NCBI GenBank assembly: GCA_963715645.1 | Contig: OY970259.1 | Location: 71,841 to 135,840 of the forward strand | DNA length: 64,000 nucleotides | From: an uncultured Thermoplasmata archaeon | GTDB taxonomy: Archaea > Thermoplasmatota > Thermoplasmata > Lutacidiplasmatales > UBA184 | Direction: 5' to 3' | Shown: one piece after another, positions 28,356 to 38,512 of the stretch | Layout of the letters: each line of letters begins with the position of its first letter | Position numbering within the stretch: the first letter of the stretch is position 1 | Program-made: the position numbers and the translations under genes | Notes under the pieces: model-generated | What the model saw: the letters and a program-made list of their open reading frames with translations, nothing else | The model's database searches: none | Told to the model about the DNA's origin: nothing

Positions 28356-28536
28356 GGGGTCGTCACCGCGTCGGGGGATTTGATGACGGTGGGCCGTGGG
28401 GTAGCTGGGAGCGGCGCGGGCCGGCTCGAATCTCCCCAGAGGGGGGCGTCCCTGTCCGCTGTGCCGAGGCGTCTCGCTCTGCGGAAAGTTCGCGGCACAG
28501 CTCGACCGCGCCCGGGATCTCCCCTAGACGGACTCC

Positions 28537-29892
28537 TCAATCTCTCCGACCTGAGGGGTCCCGGCCGAGCCGGTCGGCTACCGTAGCGAGGATCTCGAGG
28601 TGGCGGTCGACGTCGGCCGCGGTGTGCTGGACCGAGAGGGTCCACTGCTCGTCGGGCCCCGTGCCCGAGGGGATCAACCCCCGGTTGAGGCAGAGGTAGT
28701 AGTACAGCATCGAGCGGTCGCCGTCGACCGTCAGGAAGTCCCGCCAGTTCCGCACCGGGTGGTCCGCGAAGTAGACGGTCCCCGAGACTCCGTCCGCGCA
28801 GACGTTGGCCGTGACCCCGGCGTCGTCGAAGACCTCGGCATACCCCTTGGCAAGGCGGTCGTTGAGCCGCGTCGAGCGTTCGATCCCTTCCTCCGTGAGG
28901 ATGTGCTCGAGCGACGCGAGGCACGCCGTCATCGCGAGCGGGTTCGAATTGTAGGTGCCCGCGTGGGCGACCTTCCTCGGGCCTACCTCGTCGAGGATGC
29001 CGGGTCCGGCAGCGATCGCGGAGAGCGGAACCCCGCAGGCGATCGACTTGCCGAGCGTGATCAGGTCCGGTCGCACCCCGACCCGCCCCGCCCCTCCGTG
29101 CACGTACTTCGCCCCGGTCTTGATCTCGTCGAGGATCAGCAGCGCCCCGAGCGCGTCGCAGAGTTCCCGCAAGCCGGGGAAGAACCCCTCGTCCGGAAGA
29201 ATGAACCCCATGTTCATCGGGATCGGCTCCGCGATGATCGCCGCCAGGTCGTCCTTGTGCTCCCGCGCGATCCGGCGCGTGGCCTCCAGGTCGTTGAAGG
29301 GGGCGACGAGGGTCCGCTCGCTCACTTCGCTCAGGATCCCGGGGGACGCCGGTGCCGAGGCCGGATGCTCCTTCGGCCCCGCCACCTCGGCCCGGGGCTT
29401 GACCCCGACCAGCAGCGTGTCGTGCGAGCCGTGGTAGCAGCCTTCGAACTTGAGAATGTACCGCTTCTTGGTGTAGGCCCGCGCGAACCGGGTCGCGTGG
29501 TGCGTCGCTTCGAGGCCGGTCGTGCTGAAGCGGACCTTCTCCATGCCGTAGCGCCGGCACACCCGTTCGGCGACCTCGGGGGTTCGTTCCCATTCGTAGC
29601 CGTACACGCTCCCACGCTCGAGCTGTCGGGAGAGCGCCTCCACGAGTTTCGGATGGGCATGGCCGCTCTGGAGCGACCCGAAGGCCATGTTGAAGTCGAG
29701 GTACTCGTTCCCGTCAGCGTCCCAGAGGCTCACCCCTTTGGCGCGCTGGACGTAGAACGGGTACGGCTCCAGGAAGCGGTAGTTGGAGTGGACCCCGAGC
29801 GGGCTCCACCGGCGGCCCATCTCCCACAGCTCCTGGGAGCGCGGGGTCCGGACCGCGTACTCCGCGAAAGCTTCCTTGAACCGTGGATCCAT
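28537..29892 (-). CDS. Class-III (PLP) aminotransferase, glutamate-1-semialdehyde-aminomutase-like
   Basis: DADGNEYLDFNMAFGSLQSGHAHP, FSTTGLEATHHA, LILDEIKTG, LITLGKSIACG (PLP Lys). Start at MDPRFKE (29892) inside ORF 28537..30147. Confidence 0.8.
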   Translation of the reverse strand: MDPRFKEAFAEYAVRTPRSQELWEMGRRWSPLGVHSNYRFLEPYPFYVQRAKGVSLWDADGNEYLDFNMAFGSLQSGHAHPKLVEALSRQLERGSVYGYEWERTPEVAERVCRRYGMEKVRFSTTGLEATHHATRFARAYTKKRYILKFEGCYHGSHDTLLVGVKPRAEVAGPKEHPASAPASPGILSEVSERTLVAPFNDLEATRRIAREHKDDLAAIIAEPIPMNMGFILPDEGFFPGLRELCDALGALLILDEIKTGAKYVHGGAGRVGVRPDLITLGKSIACGVPLSAIAAGPGILDEVGPRKVAHAGTYNSNPLAMTACLASLEHILTEEGIERSTRLNDRLAKGYAEVFDDAGVTANVCADGVSGTVYFADHPVRNWRDFLTVDGDRSMLYYYLCLNRGLIPSGTGPDEQWTLSVQHTAADVDRHLEILATVADRLGRDPSGRRD

Positions 29893-30048
29893 GTCCTTGT
29901 CCTCCCCCGGCAAGGCCCTCCGGCCCCGCCGACGGGGCTCTGAGGGGGAAGGGTTACAAAAGTCCCCCCGGGGAATGGGAGATTCGTCAATTGTCGGACC
30001 CCTCCCCGCGAGCGTCATTACCCGGAGCGGTTCGGGGGACGGGAGTCC

Positions 30049-31497
30049 GTGGGCGGGGTCATCGATCTCGAGAACTTCGTAGCGGGAGAGTGGGTCCGCC
30101 CCCTCGGACCTGGGCGTCTCGACGTCCCCGACCCCTCCGACGGCCATCTGCTGGCCCGGGTGCCTCGCACCGAAGCGGCGGAGGTCGATGTTGCCGTACG
30201 AGCCGCTCGGAAGGCGTTCCCCACGTGGCGGGACGTCCCCGTCGCCGAACGCGCCCGCCGGATCCTGGCCCTGCGGACGCTGTTGGAGGAGCAGGCGGAG
30301 GAGCTCGCGACGAGCATCTCCCGCGAGAACGGAAAGACGCTGGACGAGGCCCGAGGCTCGGTTCGGAGAGGCATGGAGGCCACCGAGTTCGCCGCCTCCG
30401 CCCCCACGACCCTCCAGGGGGCGTTCCTCGAGGACGTCTCCCGAGGGGTGGACACGACCCTGATCCGTCAGCCCCTCGGGGTGGTCGTCGGGATCACCCC
30501 GTTCAACTTTCCGCTCATGATCCCGCTCTGGATGGGGCCGCTCGCCCTCGTCTGCGGCAACTCGTTCATCCTGAAGCCCTCCGAGCGGGTCCCGCTCTCC
30601 GCGACGTTGCTCACCCGGCTCATCGCAAGGGCGGGCTTCCCGCCCGGGACCTTCACCCTACTCCACGGGGATGCCACCACGGTCGACGCGCTCCTCAGCC
30701 ACCCGGAGGTGGATGCCGTCTCCTTCGTCGGCTCCGCGCCCACCGCCCGGCACGTCTACACGACGGCCGCTTCCCACGGTAAGCGAGTCCAGGCGCTCGC
30801 CGGGGCGAAGAACCACCTGCTCGTGATGTCCGATGCCGACCTCGACCGCACGGTGCCTGCGGTCATCTCGAGCGCCTTCGGCCAGGCGGGAGAGCGGTGC
30901 CTCGCCGGTAGCGTCGTCGTCGCGGTCGGACCCGGGGCGGATCGGCTCGTTGACCGCCTGGCGGAGGCTGTGCGGAAGCTCCCGGTCGGACCGAGCGGCG
31001 ACCCGGCGACCGTGGTGGGACCGGTGATCCGCGCCGAGCACCGGGACCGGGTGCTCCAATGGATTAGGGACGGCGAGGCGGGCGGAGCCGTGGTCGTGGC
31101 CCGCGGGTCGATCCCGACCGGCTCCGACGGCTTCTACGTCGCCCCCGTCCTCTTCGACCGAGTACGACCGGAGATGTCGATCGCCCAGGAGGAGGTCTTC
31201 GGCCCGGTGCTCGCCGTGGTCCGCGTGGGCACGCTGACTGAGGGGATCGAGCTCGCGAACCGCTCCCGGTTCGGCAACGCGGCGGCGATCTTCACGCGGG
31301 ATGGCGGCGCCGCGCGCGCCTTCGTCCACGGGATCGAAGCCGGCATGGTCGGGGTCAACGTGGGAGTGCCGGCGCCGGCGGCTTACTTCCCGTTCGTCGG
31401 CTGGAAGGGCTCGTTCTACGGGGACCTGCACGCGAGCGGGCGGGACGCGGTGGACTTCTACACGCGGAAGAAGGTCGTCACGAGCCGCTGGTTCTAA
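30049..31497 (+). CDS. mmsA: CoA-acylating methylmalonate/malonate-semialdehyde dehydrogenase
   Basis: ALDH core (ITPFNFPLMIP, FILKPSERVP, GERCLA catalytic Cys) plus the MMSDH-type C-terminus FPFVGWKGSFYGDLHASGRDAVDFYTRKKVVTSRWF. Intact. Confidence 0.75.
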   Translation: MGGVIDLENFVAGEWVRPLGPGRLDVPDPSDGHLLARVPRTEAAEVDVAVRAARKAFPTWRDVPVAERARRILALRTLLEEQAEELATSISRENGKTLDEARGSVRRGMEATEFAASAPTTLQGAFLEDVSRGVDTTLIRQPLGVVVGITPFNFPLMIPLWMGPLALVCGNSFILKPSERVPLSATLLTRLIARAGFPPGTFTLLHGDATTVDALLSHPEVDAVSFVGSAPTARHVYTTAASHGKRVQALAGAKNHLLVMSDADLDRTVPAVISSAFGQAGERCLAGSVVVAVGPGADRLVDRLAEAVRKLPVGPSGDPATVVGPVIRAEHRDRVLQWIRDGEAGGAVVVARGSIPTGSDGFYVAPVLFDRVRPEMSIAQEEVFGPVLAVVRVGTLTEGIELANRSRFGNAAAIFTRDGGAARAFVHGIEAGMVGVNVGVPAPAAYFPFVGWKGSFYGDLHASGRDAVDFYTRKKVVTSRWF

Positions 31498-31503
31498 CCT
31501 CGG

Positions 31504-32880
31504 TCAGGGCGGGGTTCCGCCGCGGACCTCGGCGTCGGCCACGGCGAGCGCCCGGTCGAGGACGTCCAGTCCATGGTCGAGCTCCTCCCGCGTCACGATC
31601 AGGGGCGGGGCGATCACGAGGTGCGAGACCCACGCGACGCAGAACACTCCCTCCTTCATCATCGCCGCGGCCACCTGTTCGGCGACCAGGGGGCGCCCGG
31701 CGAGCTTGTCCTCCTCGGTGTTGAAGGGGAGACGGGTCGCACGGTCCCGGACGAGCTCGACGGCCGCGAAGAGGCCGAGCCCGCGGACCTCGCCGACCGA
31801 CGGATGTCGCGCTTCGATCTCCCGAAGGCGGCGGAGCAGGTACTCGCCGTCCCGGCGGGACTTCGCGAGGAGGTCGAGGCGACGGTACTCTCCGATCGCC
31901 GCCACGGCGGGGGCGAGCGTGAGCGGGTGGGCCTCGTAGGTGTGCCCGTGGGGGAAGTAGCGGTCCCGGAAGACGTCGTGGAGGGAGGAGGTCGTGGCGG
32001 TCAGCCCGAGAGGGATGTGCGCGCCCGTGATCCCCTTCGCGGTCGTGAGGAGGTCCGGCTCGACCTTCCAGTGGTCGACCGCGAACCACTCGCCGACCCG
32101 GCCCCAGCCGGTCATCACCTCGTCGGCGATGAGGAGGACGCTGTGCCGGCGGGTGATCTCGCGGATCCGCGGGAGATACTCCGGCACCGGTACGATCACT
32201 CCGTTCGTGCCGACCACCGGCTCGAGGATCATCGCCGCGACGTTGCCCTCCCGTTCGAGTTGCCGGTCGACGTAGTCGGCGCAGGCGACCCCGCAGGAGG
32301 GGTACGTGAGCCCGAACGGACAGCGGTAGCAGTAACAGTCGGGCGCAAAGACGGTCCCAGGAACCGTCTGGAGGCCTTCGACCGGACGTCGTCGAGGGTC
32401 GCCGGTCACGGAGATCGACGCGGCGGTGGCACCGTGGTAGGATCGGTAGCGGGAAAGGACCTTGGTCCGTCCCGTCGCGACGCGGGCGATCTTGAGCGCG
32501 GCCTCGTTGGCTTCGGTCCCCGAGGTGCTGAAGAAGAACCGGTTCAGGCCGTGCGGTAGGACCTGGAGAAGGGCCGAGCTCAGGTGGGCGCGGGCCTCGG
32601 TGGCGAATCCTGGCGCCGCGTAGGAGAGCACGCGCGCCTGGGCTGCGATCGCTTCGACGACCGCCGCGTTCGCATGGCCGAGGTTGGTGGCCATCAGCTG
32701 GGAGGAGAAGTCGAGGTAGGCGCGGCCCTTGTCGTCCCAGAACGTTGAGTCTTTGGCCCGGGTCACCACCAGCGGGTTCCATCCGCCTTGGCGCCGCCAG
32801 GTAACGTAGTTCGTTTCCCGCACGACCTGGCGAATGGCATCCCCGTCCACCGAGGGGGCCTTGGGGTCAGGGTCGGTCAT
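31504..32880 (-). CDS. Class-III omega-aminotransferase (beta-alanine/taurine:pyruvate type)
   Basis: FSTSGTEANEAALK, LIADEVMTGWGRVG, LLTTAKGITG (PLP Lys), HGHTYEAHP. Start at MTDPDPK (32880). Confidence 0.8.
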   Translation of the reverse strand: MTDPDPKAPSVDGDAIRQVVRETNYVTWRRQGGWNPLVVTRAKDSTFWDDKGRAYLDFSSQLMATNLGHANAAVVEAIAAQARVLSYAAPGFATEARAHLSSALLQVLPHGLNRFFFSTSGTEANEAALKIARVATGRTKVLSRYRSYHGATAASISVTGDPRRRPVEGLQTVPGTVFAPDCYCYRCPFGLTYPSCGVACADYVDRQLEREGNVAAMILEPVVGTNGVIVPVPEYLPRIREITRRHSVLLIADEVMTGWGRVGEWFAVDHWKVEPDLLTTAKGITGAHIPLGLTATTSSLHDVFRDRYFPHGHTYEAHPLTLAPAVAAIGEYRRLDLLAKSRRDGEYLLRRLREIEARHPSVGEVRGLGLFAAVELVRDRATRLPFNTEEDKLAGRPLVAEQVAAAMMKEGVFCVAWVSHLVIAPPLIVTREELDHGLDVLDRALAVADAEVRGGTPP

Positions 32881-33763
32881 GTCCGGTCCGAGAGCGTCGC
32901 CCTTTAAGACGGTCGTCCGCCGGCCTCGTCGATGCGAACAGGCGGCCGGCGTTGCCGCCGAGGATGGCCGCTCGGTCCTCCTCGGAGATCTCGAGGCCTT
33001 GGACGAGCGCGACGGACGTGGCCAGGGACTCGAGGGGCCAGTCCGACCCGTACAGGATGCGGGCCGCGGAACCGATGGTGTCGACGGCGGCCTGCAGTAC
33101 CGCCCGGGCGCGGGCGACCCCCCGCTCGAAGTAAGGGGTCGTGGGATGGGCCAGGAGGCCGGAGGTGTCCGCGTAGACGTTCTCGTTCTTGTAGACCAGC
33201 TCCGCGGCTTCCTCCACCCAGGGGTTCCCAAAGTGGCAGAGGACGAATCGGACGTCACGGTGACGCACCGCGACCTCGTCGACCTCAATCGGTCGCGCGA
33301 ACTTGAGGAGGCCGTTCGGCGCGAGGGTGTCGCCCTGGTGGATCATCACCGGGAGGCGATGCCGTGCGGCGTACTGGTACACGGGTTCGAGGGCGGGGTC
33401 GTGCGGGTAGAAGGGATGGTACCCCGGGAAGAGCTTGATCGCGGCGAGGTCCGGAACTGCCTCCCAACCCGCCACCACGGCCTCCACGGACTCGCGCCCG
33501 GGATTGGGAAAAGCGGTGGCGACCGGCCGCAGACGACCTCCACTGGCGTGCGCGTGCTCCACCGATTCCCGGAGCGACTCGGCGGGGGTGGGGCCCTCGT
33601 AGACGGGGAGGAGGAGGCCGGAGGTGATGCCCGCCGCATCCATCTCCGCCAGGAGCCCGCGGACGGTGTAGTCGAGGTCCGCACGGTAGCCGGTCCGGGG
33701 CAGGTCCGGCCACCAGCGCGAGAGGTGCAGGTGGACGTCGACGGTCGGGGGGGCCTCGGGCAT
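32867..33763 (-). CDS. Amidohydrolase-2 family metal-dependent hydrolase (TIM barrel)
   Basis: VDVHLHLS (HxH), MIHQGD, VLCHFGNPW, YGSDWP motifs. Its 3' end overlaps the downstream aminotransferase start by 14 nt. Confidence 0.7.
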   Translation of the reverse strand: MPEAPPTVDVHLHLSRWWPDLPRTGYRADLDYTVRGLLAEMDAAGITSGLLLPVYEGPTPAESLRESVEHAHASGGRLRPVATAFPNPGRESVEAVVAGWEAVPDLAAIKLFPGYHPFYPHDPALEPVYQYAARHRLPVMIHQGDTLAPNGLLKFARPIEVDEVAVRHRDVRFVLCHFGNPWVEEAAELVYKNENVYADTSGLLAHPTTPYFERGVARARAVLQAAVDTIGSAARILYGSDWPLESLATSVALVQGLEISEEDRAAILGGNAGRLFASTRPADDRLKGRRSRTGHDRP

Positions 33764-33860
33764 CTCCTCTACGCGGGAGAGAGCCGAGGGGGGTCCATAA
33801 CCCGTCCGGTGGTCGTCCTAGCTCTGATATGGGCCTGTTCCCGTAACCCGGGGGGGTTGG

Positions 33861-35372
33861 ATGAGCGACACTTCGGAGTCCGGCAGCTACCTCGACGCGC
33901 CCAAAATTGTCCACCCGCCGCCCGGCCCGCGTTCCCGGGAGCTGCTGGCCGAGCAGGCAAAATGGGAGACCGACGCGGTCTCCTACTCGCACTACTTCCC
34001 CATGGCGATCCGGTCAGCGCGCGGCGCGACGGTCGAGGACGTCGACGGCAATCGGTACATCGACTGGGTGGCGGGCATCTCGGTGCTCAACCTGGGCCAT
34101 CAGCACCCGAGGCTCGTGGCCGCGCTCGCGGGGCAGAGCCGGGAGCTCTGGCACTCCCTGGAACTCCCCACGGAGGCCCGGATTCGATTCCTCAAGGAAC
34201 TGGAGGACGCGCTCCCCGGTAGCCTCCGGAACCACGCGAGGATCTTCTTCACCGTGACCGGCGGGGATGCGGTCGAGACCGCCGTCCAGCTCGCGGACTT
34301 TGCCAAGGGCCGCCACGGCACGATCGCGTTCTCCGGCGCCTACCACGGCGTCCACGGGGGGGCCGTCCACCTGACCAGCGGGAGCCGCTACCACACGACG
34401 ACGCCCTTCGCCGGGAGCCACGTCGTTCGGGTGCCCTACCCGGACCCGTACCGCCCGGTCCTGGGGGCGGACGCCGGAGCGGCGGGAACGATCGCCTATC
34501 TCGAGCACCTCGTGAACGACCCGGCCTCGGGCGCGGACAAGGTCTCGGCGGTCCTGGTCGAGCCAATCCTTGGCGAGGGCGGCTACGTCGTGCCGCCGGA
34601 CGATTTCCTGCCCTCGTTGCGCGAGTTCTGCAACCGCCACGACCTTCTCCTGATCGCCGACGAGATCCAGACCGGGCTCGGACGGACCGGCCGGATGTGG
34701 GCCGTCGAGCATGCCGGGGTCACGCCGGACATCCTGTGCATCGCGAAAACGATCGGGGGCGGCATCCCCCTCTCGGTCGTGGCGTACCGCAAGGACCTGG
34801 TCCCCGAGCTCCCGCGCGGGTTCCACATCGGGACCTACCGGGGGAATCCGCTCGCGCTCGCGGTCGGGACCGAAGTGCTCCGGGTCCTTCGAGAGGGCGA
34901 CCTCCTCCACCACACTGCCCATCGAGGCGCCGCGCTGGTGGAGCGGTTCCGGGCCATGGGAGAGCGCCATCCTTCGATCGGGAACGTTCGTGGCAAGGGG
35001 TTCATGATCGGGGTGGAGTTCGTCCAGAACCGGGCGACCCGCCTCCCGTGGGGGGACCGGGCGAAGGCGATGCGCTCGGCCCTGTTCGCGCGCGGGGTGC
35101 TCATGCACACCGCCGGCGCGTGGGACCAGGTGCTCCGGTTCATGGCCCCGCTGGTTATCGAGAACGAGCTCCTGGAGCGGGGCCTCGCCGCCTTCGAGGA
35201 TTCGCTCGACTCCCTGGACGGTACGGGGGAGAATCCCCCCATCCGCTCCGTCCCCCACGCGCCAACCGCCACGGGGTGGCGGCCCATCGGGGACCCCGGA
35301 CTCGGTCATCCCGGCCCGCCCGCAACGCCGGGCCCCTACCCGATCACGGGAACCGACGAAGAGACGCGGTAA
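33861..35372 (+). CDS. Class-III aminotransferase, 4-aminobutyrate (GabT)-like
   Basis: DVDGNRYIDWVAGISVLNLGHQHP, FTVTGGDAVETA, EPILGEGG, LIADEIQTGLGRTG, ILCIAKTIGGG (PLP Lys). Intact, with a Pro-rich tail. Confidence 0.8.
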   Translation: MSDTSESGSYLDAPKIVHPPPGPRSRELLAEQAKWETDAVSYSHYFPMAIRSARGATVEDVDGNRYIDWVAGISVLNLGHQHPRLVAALAGQSRELWHSLELPTEARIRFLKELEDALPGSLRNHARIFFTVTGGDAVETAVQLADFAKGRHGTIAFSGAYHGVHGGAVHLTSGSRYHTTTPFAGSHVVRVPYPDPYRPVLGADAGAAGTIAYLEHLVNDPASGADKVSAVLVEPILGEGGYVVPPDDFLPSLREFCNRHDLLLIADEIQTGLGRTGRMWAVEHAGVTPDILCIAKTIGGGIPLSVVAYRKDLVPELPRGFHIGTYRGNPLALAVGTEVLRVLREGDLLHHTAHRGAALVERFRAMGERHPSIGNVRGKGFMIGVEFVQNRATRLPWGDRAKAMRSALFARGVLMHTAGAWDQVLRFMAPLVIENELLERGLAAFEDSLDSLDGTGENPPIRSVPHAPTATGWRPIGDPGLGHPGPPATPGPYPITGTDEETR

Positions 35373-35379
35373 CCGGCCC

Positions 35380-36871
35380 CTAGGGGTTCGCGTAGTTCAC
35401 CGAGATCAGCTTGACCTCGGTCATCTCTTCCATCGCGTACCGGAGCCCTTCGCGACCGAGTCCGCTCTCCTTGATCCCGCCGAACGGGAGGGCATCCCAC
35501 CGCAGGTTCGTCGGGTCGTTGAGGTGCACGCCGCCGGCTCGGATCCGCTTCGCAAGCGAGAAGCCCTTGGCGATGTCGCGCGTGTACACCGCGGCCTGAA
35601 GGCCATACGGAGTGCTGTTGGCGATCCGGACGGCGTCCTCGAGCGACGAGAAGCGGAGGATGGGGGCGACCGGCCCGAACGGCTCCTCGCGGACCACGCG
35701 CGCGTCCTCGGGCACCGCGTCCAGGACGGTCGGAAGGTAGAAGTTCCCCTCCTTCCGGTCCTCCGGTCGCCGGCCGCCCGGCGAGCACCTTGGCCGACCT
35801 GTCACGGGCCTCCCGGACGAGCGCTTCGACCCGCTCGAGCGCGGCCACGTCGACCAGGGGACCGACCTCGGTCGCCTCCTCCCACGCGGGGCCGACCCGG
35901 AGGGTCCGGGCCCGTTCGGCGAGGTCCGTCGCGAACCGGTCCGCGATCCCCTCTGCGACGAGGAACCGCTTCGAGGCGGTGCAAACCTGGCCGGAGTAGC
36001 TGAAGATCCCGCGAGCGGCCGCCTCCACCGTCGAGGCGAGGGGAGCGTCGTCCAGCACCACGAACGGGTCGAGGCCCCCCATCTCGAGGATCACGCGTTT
36101 GGCGTGTCGGCCGGCCCGTTCCGCGATCCCCTTCCCGACCTCGGTCGAGCCGGTGAAGGTGATCGAGCCGGGTGCGAGGATGCTCGACCAGGGCGCCTCC
36201 CACGCTCCCCCCGGGGCCGGTCACGACGTTGAGAACCCCCCCCGGCAGCCCGGCGGCCGCGAGATGCTCGGCGAGCCGGAACGCCGTGAACGGCGCCGCG
36301 CTCGTCGGCTTCACGACGACGGGGTTGCCGGCCGCGAGCGCGGGCGCGACCTTGTGGGAGAGCAGGTTCAACGGGAAGTTGAACGGGCCGATCGCGACCA
36401 CGACCCCAATCGGGTCGCGGACCGAGAAGAGGAACCGGTGCTCGTTCCCCGCGGGTCGCTCGTAGGCGTCCGCGGGGAAGCTCTCGCCGCCCAGATGCCG
36501 GACCTCCTCGGCGGCCAGACGGTACACCCCGACCGCGCGGTCGACCTCGACCCGGGCGTCGACGATCGGTTTCCCGACCTCGTGCGCGATCAGGTTGGCC
36601 AACGTCTCCCGGTCGGCCGCGAGCCGGTCCGCGGTCGCCCGGAGGATCCGGGCGCGCTCGTGACCCGGGGTCGAGCCCCAGCTCTCCTCGCGCTCGGCGG
36701 CCGGCGTCGACCGCGGCGTTCGCCTCCTCCGTAGAGGCCACGGGAGCCTCTCCGATCGGGCGACCGGTCGACGGGTCGACCACCGGGACGTAGCGGCCGC
36801 TCGCCGGGGCTTGGCGGGTGCCCCCAATCCAGAGCGCGCCGCGGCCGGAGTCTCGGGATCCCAGCGGTCAC
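35380..36871 (-). CDS. Aldehyde dehydrogenase, three to four frame breaks
   Basis: Consecutive pieces in ORFs 36091..36783, 35802..36827, 35336..36094 and 35380..35805: VAIGPFNFPLNL, VVVKPTSAAP, ITFTGSTEVG, ILEMGGLDP, SGQVCTASKR, EEPFGPV, PFGGIKESG. Breaks near 36700, 36165 and 35780, all consistent with 1-nt insertions. GTG 36871 as the start needs one more break. Confidence 0.75.
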
Positions 36872-36878
36872 GTGGCGA

Positions 36879-38370
36879 CTACCCCGGGTCCCCGTAGACG
36901 GTGTAGTGCCAGCCCTTGCGGGCCTGGCCGGTCAGGTCGACGTAGATGTTCTTTACGACCGTGTAGTCGTTCAGGGAGTCCGTCCCGAGGTCCTTCCCGA
37001 ACCCGGACTGCTTGACGCCGCCGTGCGGGGTCTCGGAGCCGAGCGGGAGGTGGTCGTTGACCCAGACGTCACCGAAACGGAGGGCGTGTGCCGCTTTGAT
37101 CGCCGTCCGCAGGTCGTTGGTCCAGACGCTCCCCGCGAGCCCGTACTCGACCCCGTTCGCCACCTCGATCGCCTCATCGAACGTCGAGAACTCGAGGACG
37201 TCCAGGACCGGGCCGAAGACCTCCTTCTGGGCGATCGTCATGTCCGGCGCGACCTGGTCGAAGACCGTTGGGGCGACGAAGGACCCTTGCGGAAACTCCT
37301 TCGGGGGCTCGGAGGTCCCCGCCACGAGCTTCGCGCCCTCCTCCCGGCCCTTCTCGATGAACCCGAGCACGTGCTGCTGATGGGTGCGGTGGACGAGCGG
37401 GCCAAGGTCGGTCGACCGGGAGAGAGGGTCCCCGACCCGGACGATCCGGACCCGCTCCAACAGATGCGTCAGGAAGCGAGCGCGGACGTTCCGGTGGACG
37501 ATGAGCCGGGTCGCGGCCGTGCAATCTTGCCCGCCGTTCACGAACCCGGCGACCATCGCACCCTCGACGGAGGCCGCAAGGTCCGCGTCCTCGAACACGA
37601 TGAACGGGGCCTTTCCTCCCAGCTCGAGCTGGACCCGCTTCACGGTTCCGCTGGCCGCCTCCATGATCTTCGGCCGGTGGCAGTGTCCCCGGTGAGGGAG
37701 ACCAGGTCGACCTTTGGGTTCCGGGAGAGCTCGTCCCCGACCTCTCCCCCGGTCCGGTGATGACGTTGAGCGCGCCCGGCGGCAGGCCGGCCTCCGCGAA
37801 CACCCGTCCCAGCTCCAGGCTCGTGAGCGGGGTCCAACTGGCCGGCTTGAGGATGACCGTGTTCCCGGTGATCAGCGCGGGGCCGATCTTCCAGACGGCC
37901 ATCATCACCGGGTAGTTCCACGGGGTGATCGACGCCACGACCCCGACGGGTTCCCGACGGAATATGGTGGTCCCGTCCCCCGTGAACTCGCCCGGGCTCT
38001 TCGCGTCCATCGTGCGCCCGGCGCCGGCGTAGAAGATGAGGTTGTCAATGGAGAAGGGCAGGTCCGCGTCCGCCGCCTGCTTGATCGTCTTGCCCTGGTT
38101 GCGACTCTCGAGCGCGGCCAGCGTCGGGAGCCTCTGCTGCAGGAGCTGGGCCGCCTTGAGGAACACCTCGCCCCGGACCCGGGGGGGCGACTTCGGCCAG
38201 GGACCCCGGTCGAACGCCTGACGCGCCGCATCGATCGCCCGACGAGCATCTTCGCGGGCGCCCCGCGGCACGGAGTCGATGGTCGCGCCGTCGAACGGGC
38301 TGGTCACTGGGGTCGTCGCCTCGCTGTTCGCCGCCACCCATTCGCCCGCAATCAGCATCTTTTGGACCAT
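36879..38370 (-). CDS. Aldehyde dehydrogenase (aminobutyraldehyde/betaine-aldehyde DH-like), two frame breaks
   Basis: SITPWNYPVMM, VILKPASWTP, then GEVGDELSRNPKVDLVSLTGDTATG in ORF 37640..37921, then QLELGGKAP, GQDCTAATR, KEVFGPV, PHGGVKQSGFG in ORF 36879..37664. Breaks at the C5 run 37746-37750 and tt 37668-37669, both consistent with deletions. Confidence 0.8.
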
Positions 38371-38512
38371 GGACGCCCCCCGTAGGGGCAAAACCCGGAC
38401 CGGCTCAATAGCGTGCCGCAGGGGACCCGCCGCGTCCCGCGACGTTGTATCATGGTATACCTTATCAGGGAGGAGTCGGTCCTACGCCTCGCCCTTTCGG
38501 GGGGGCGGTTCG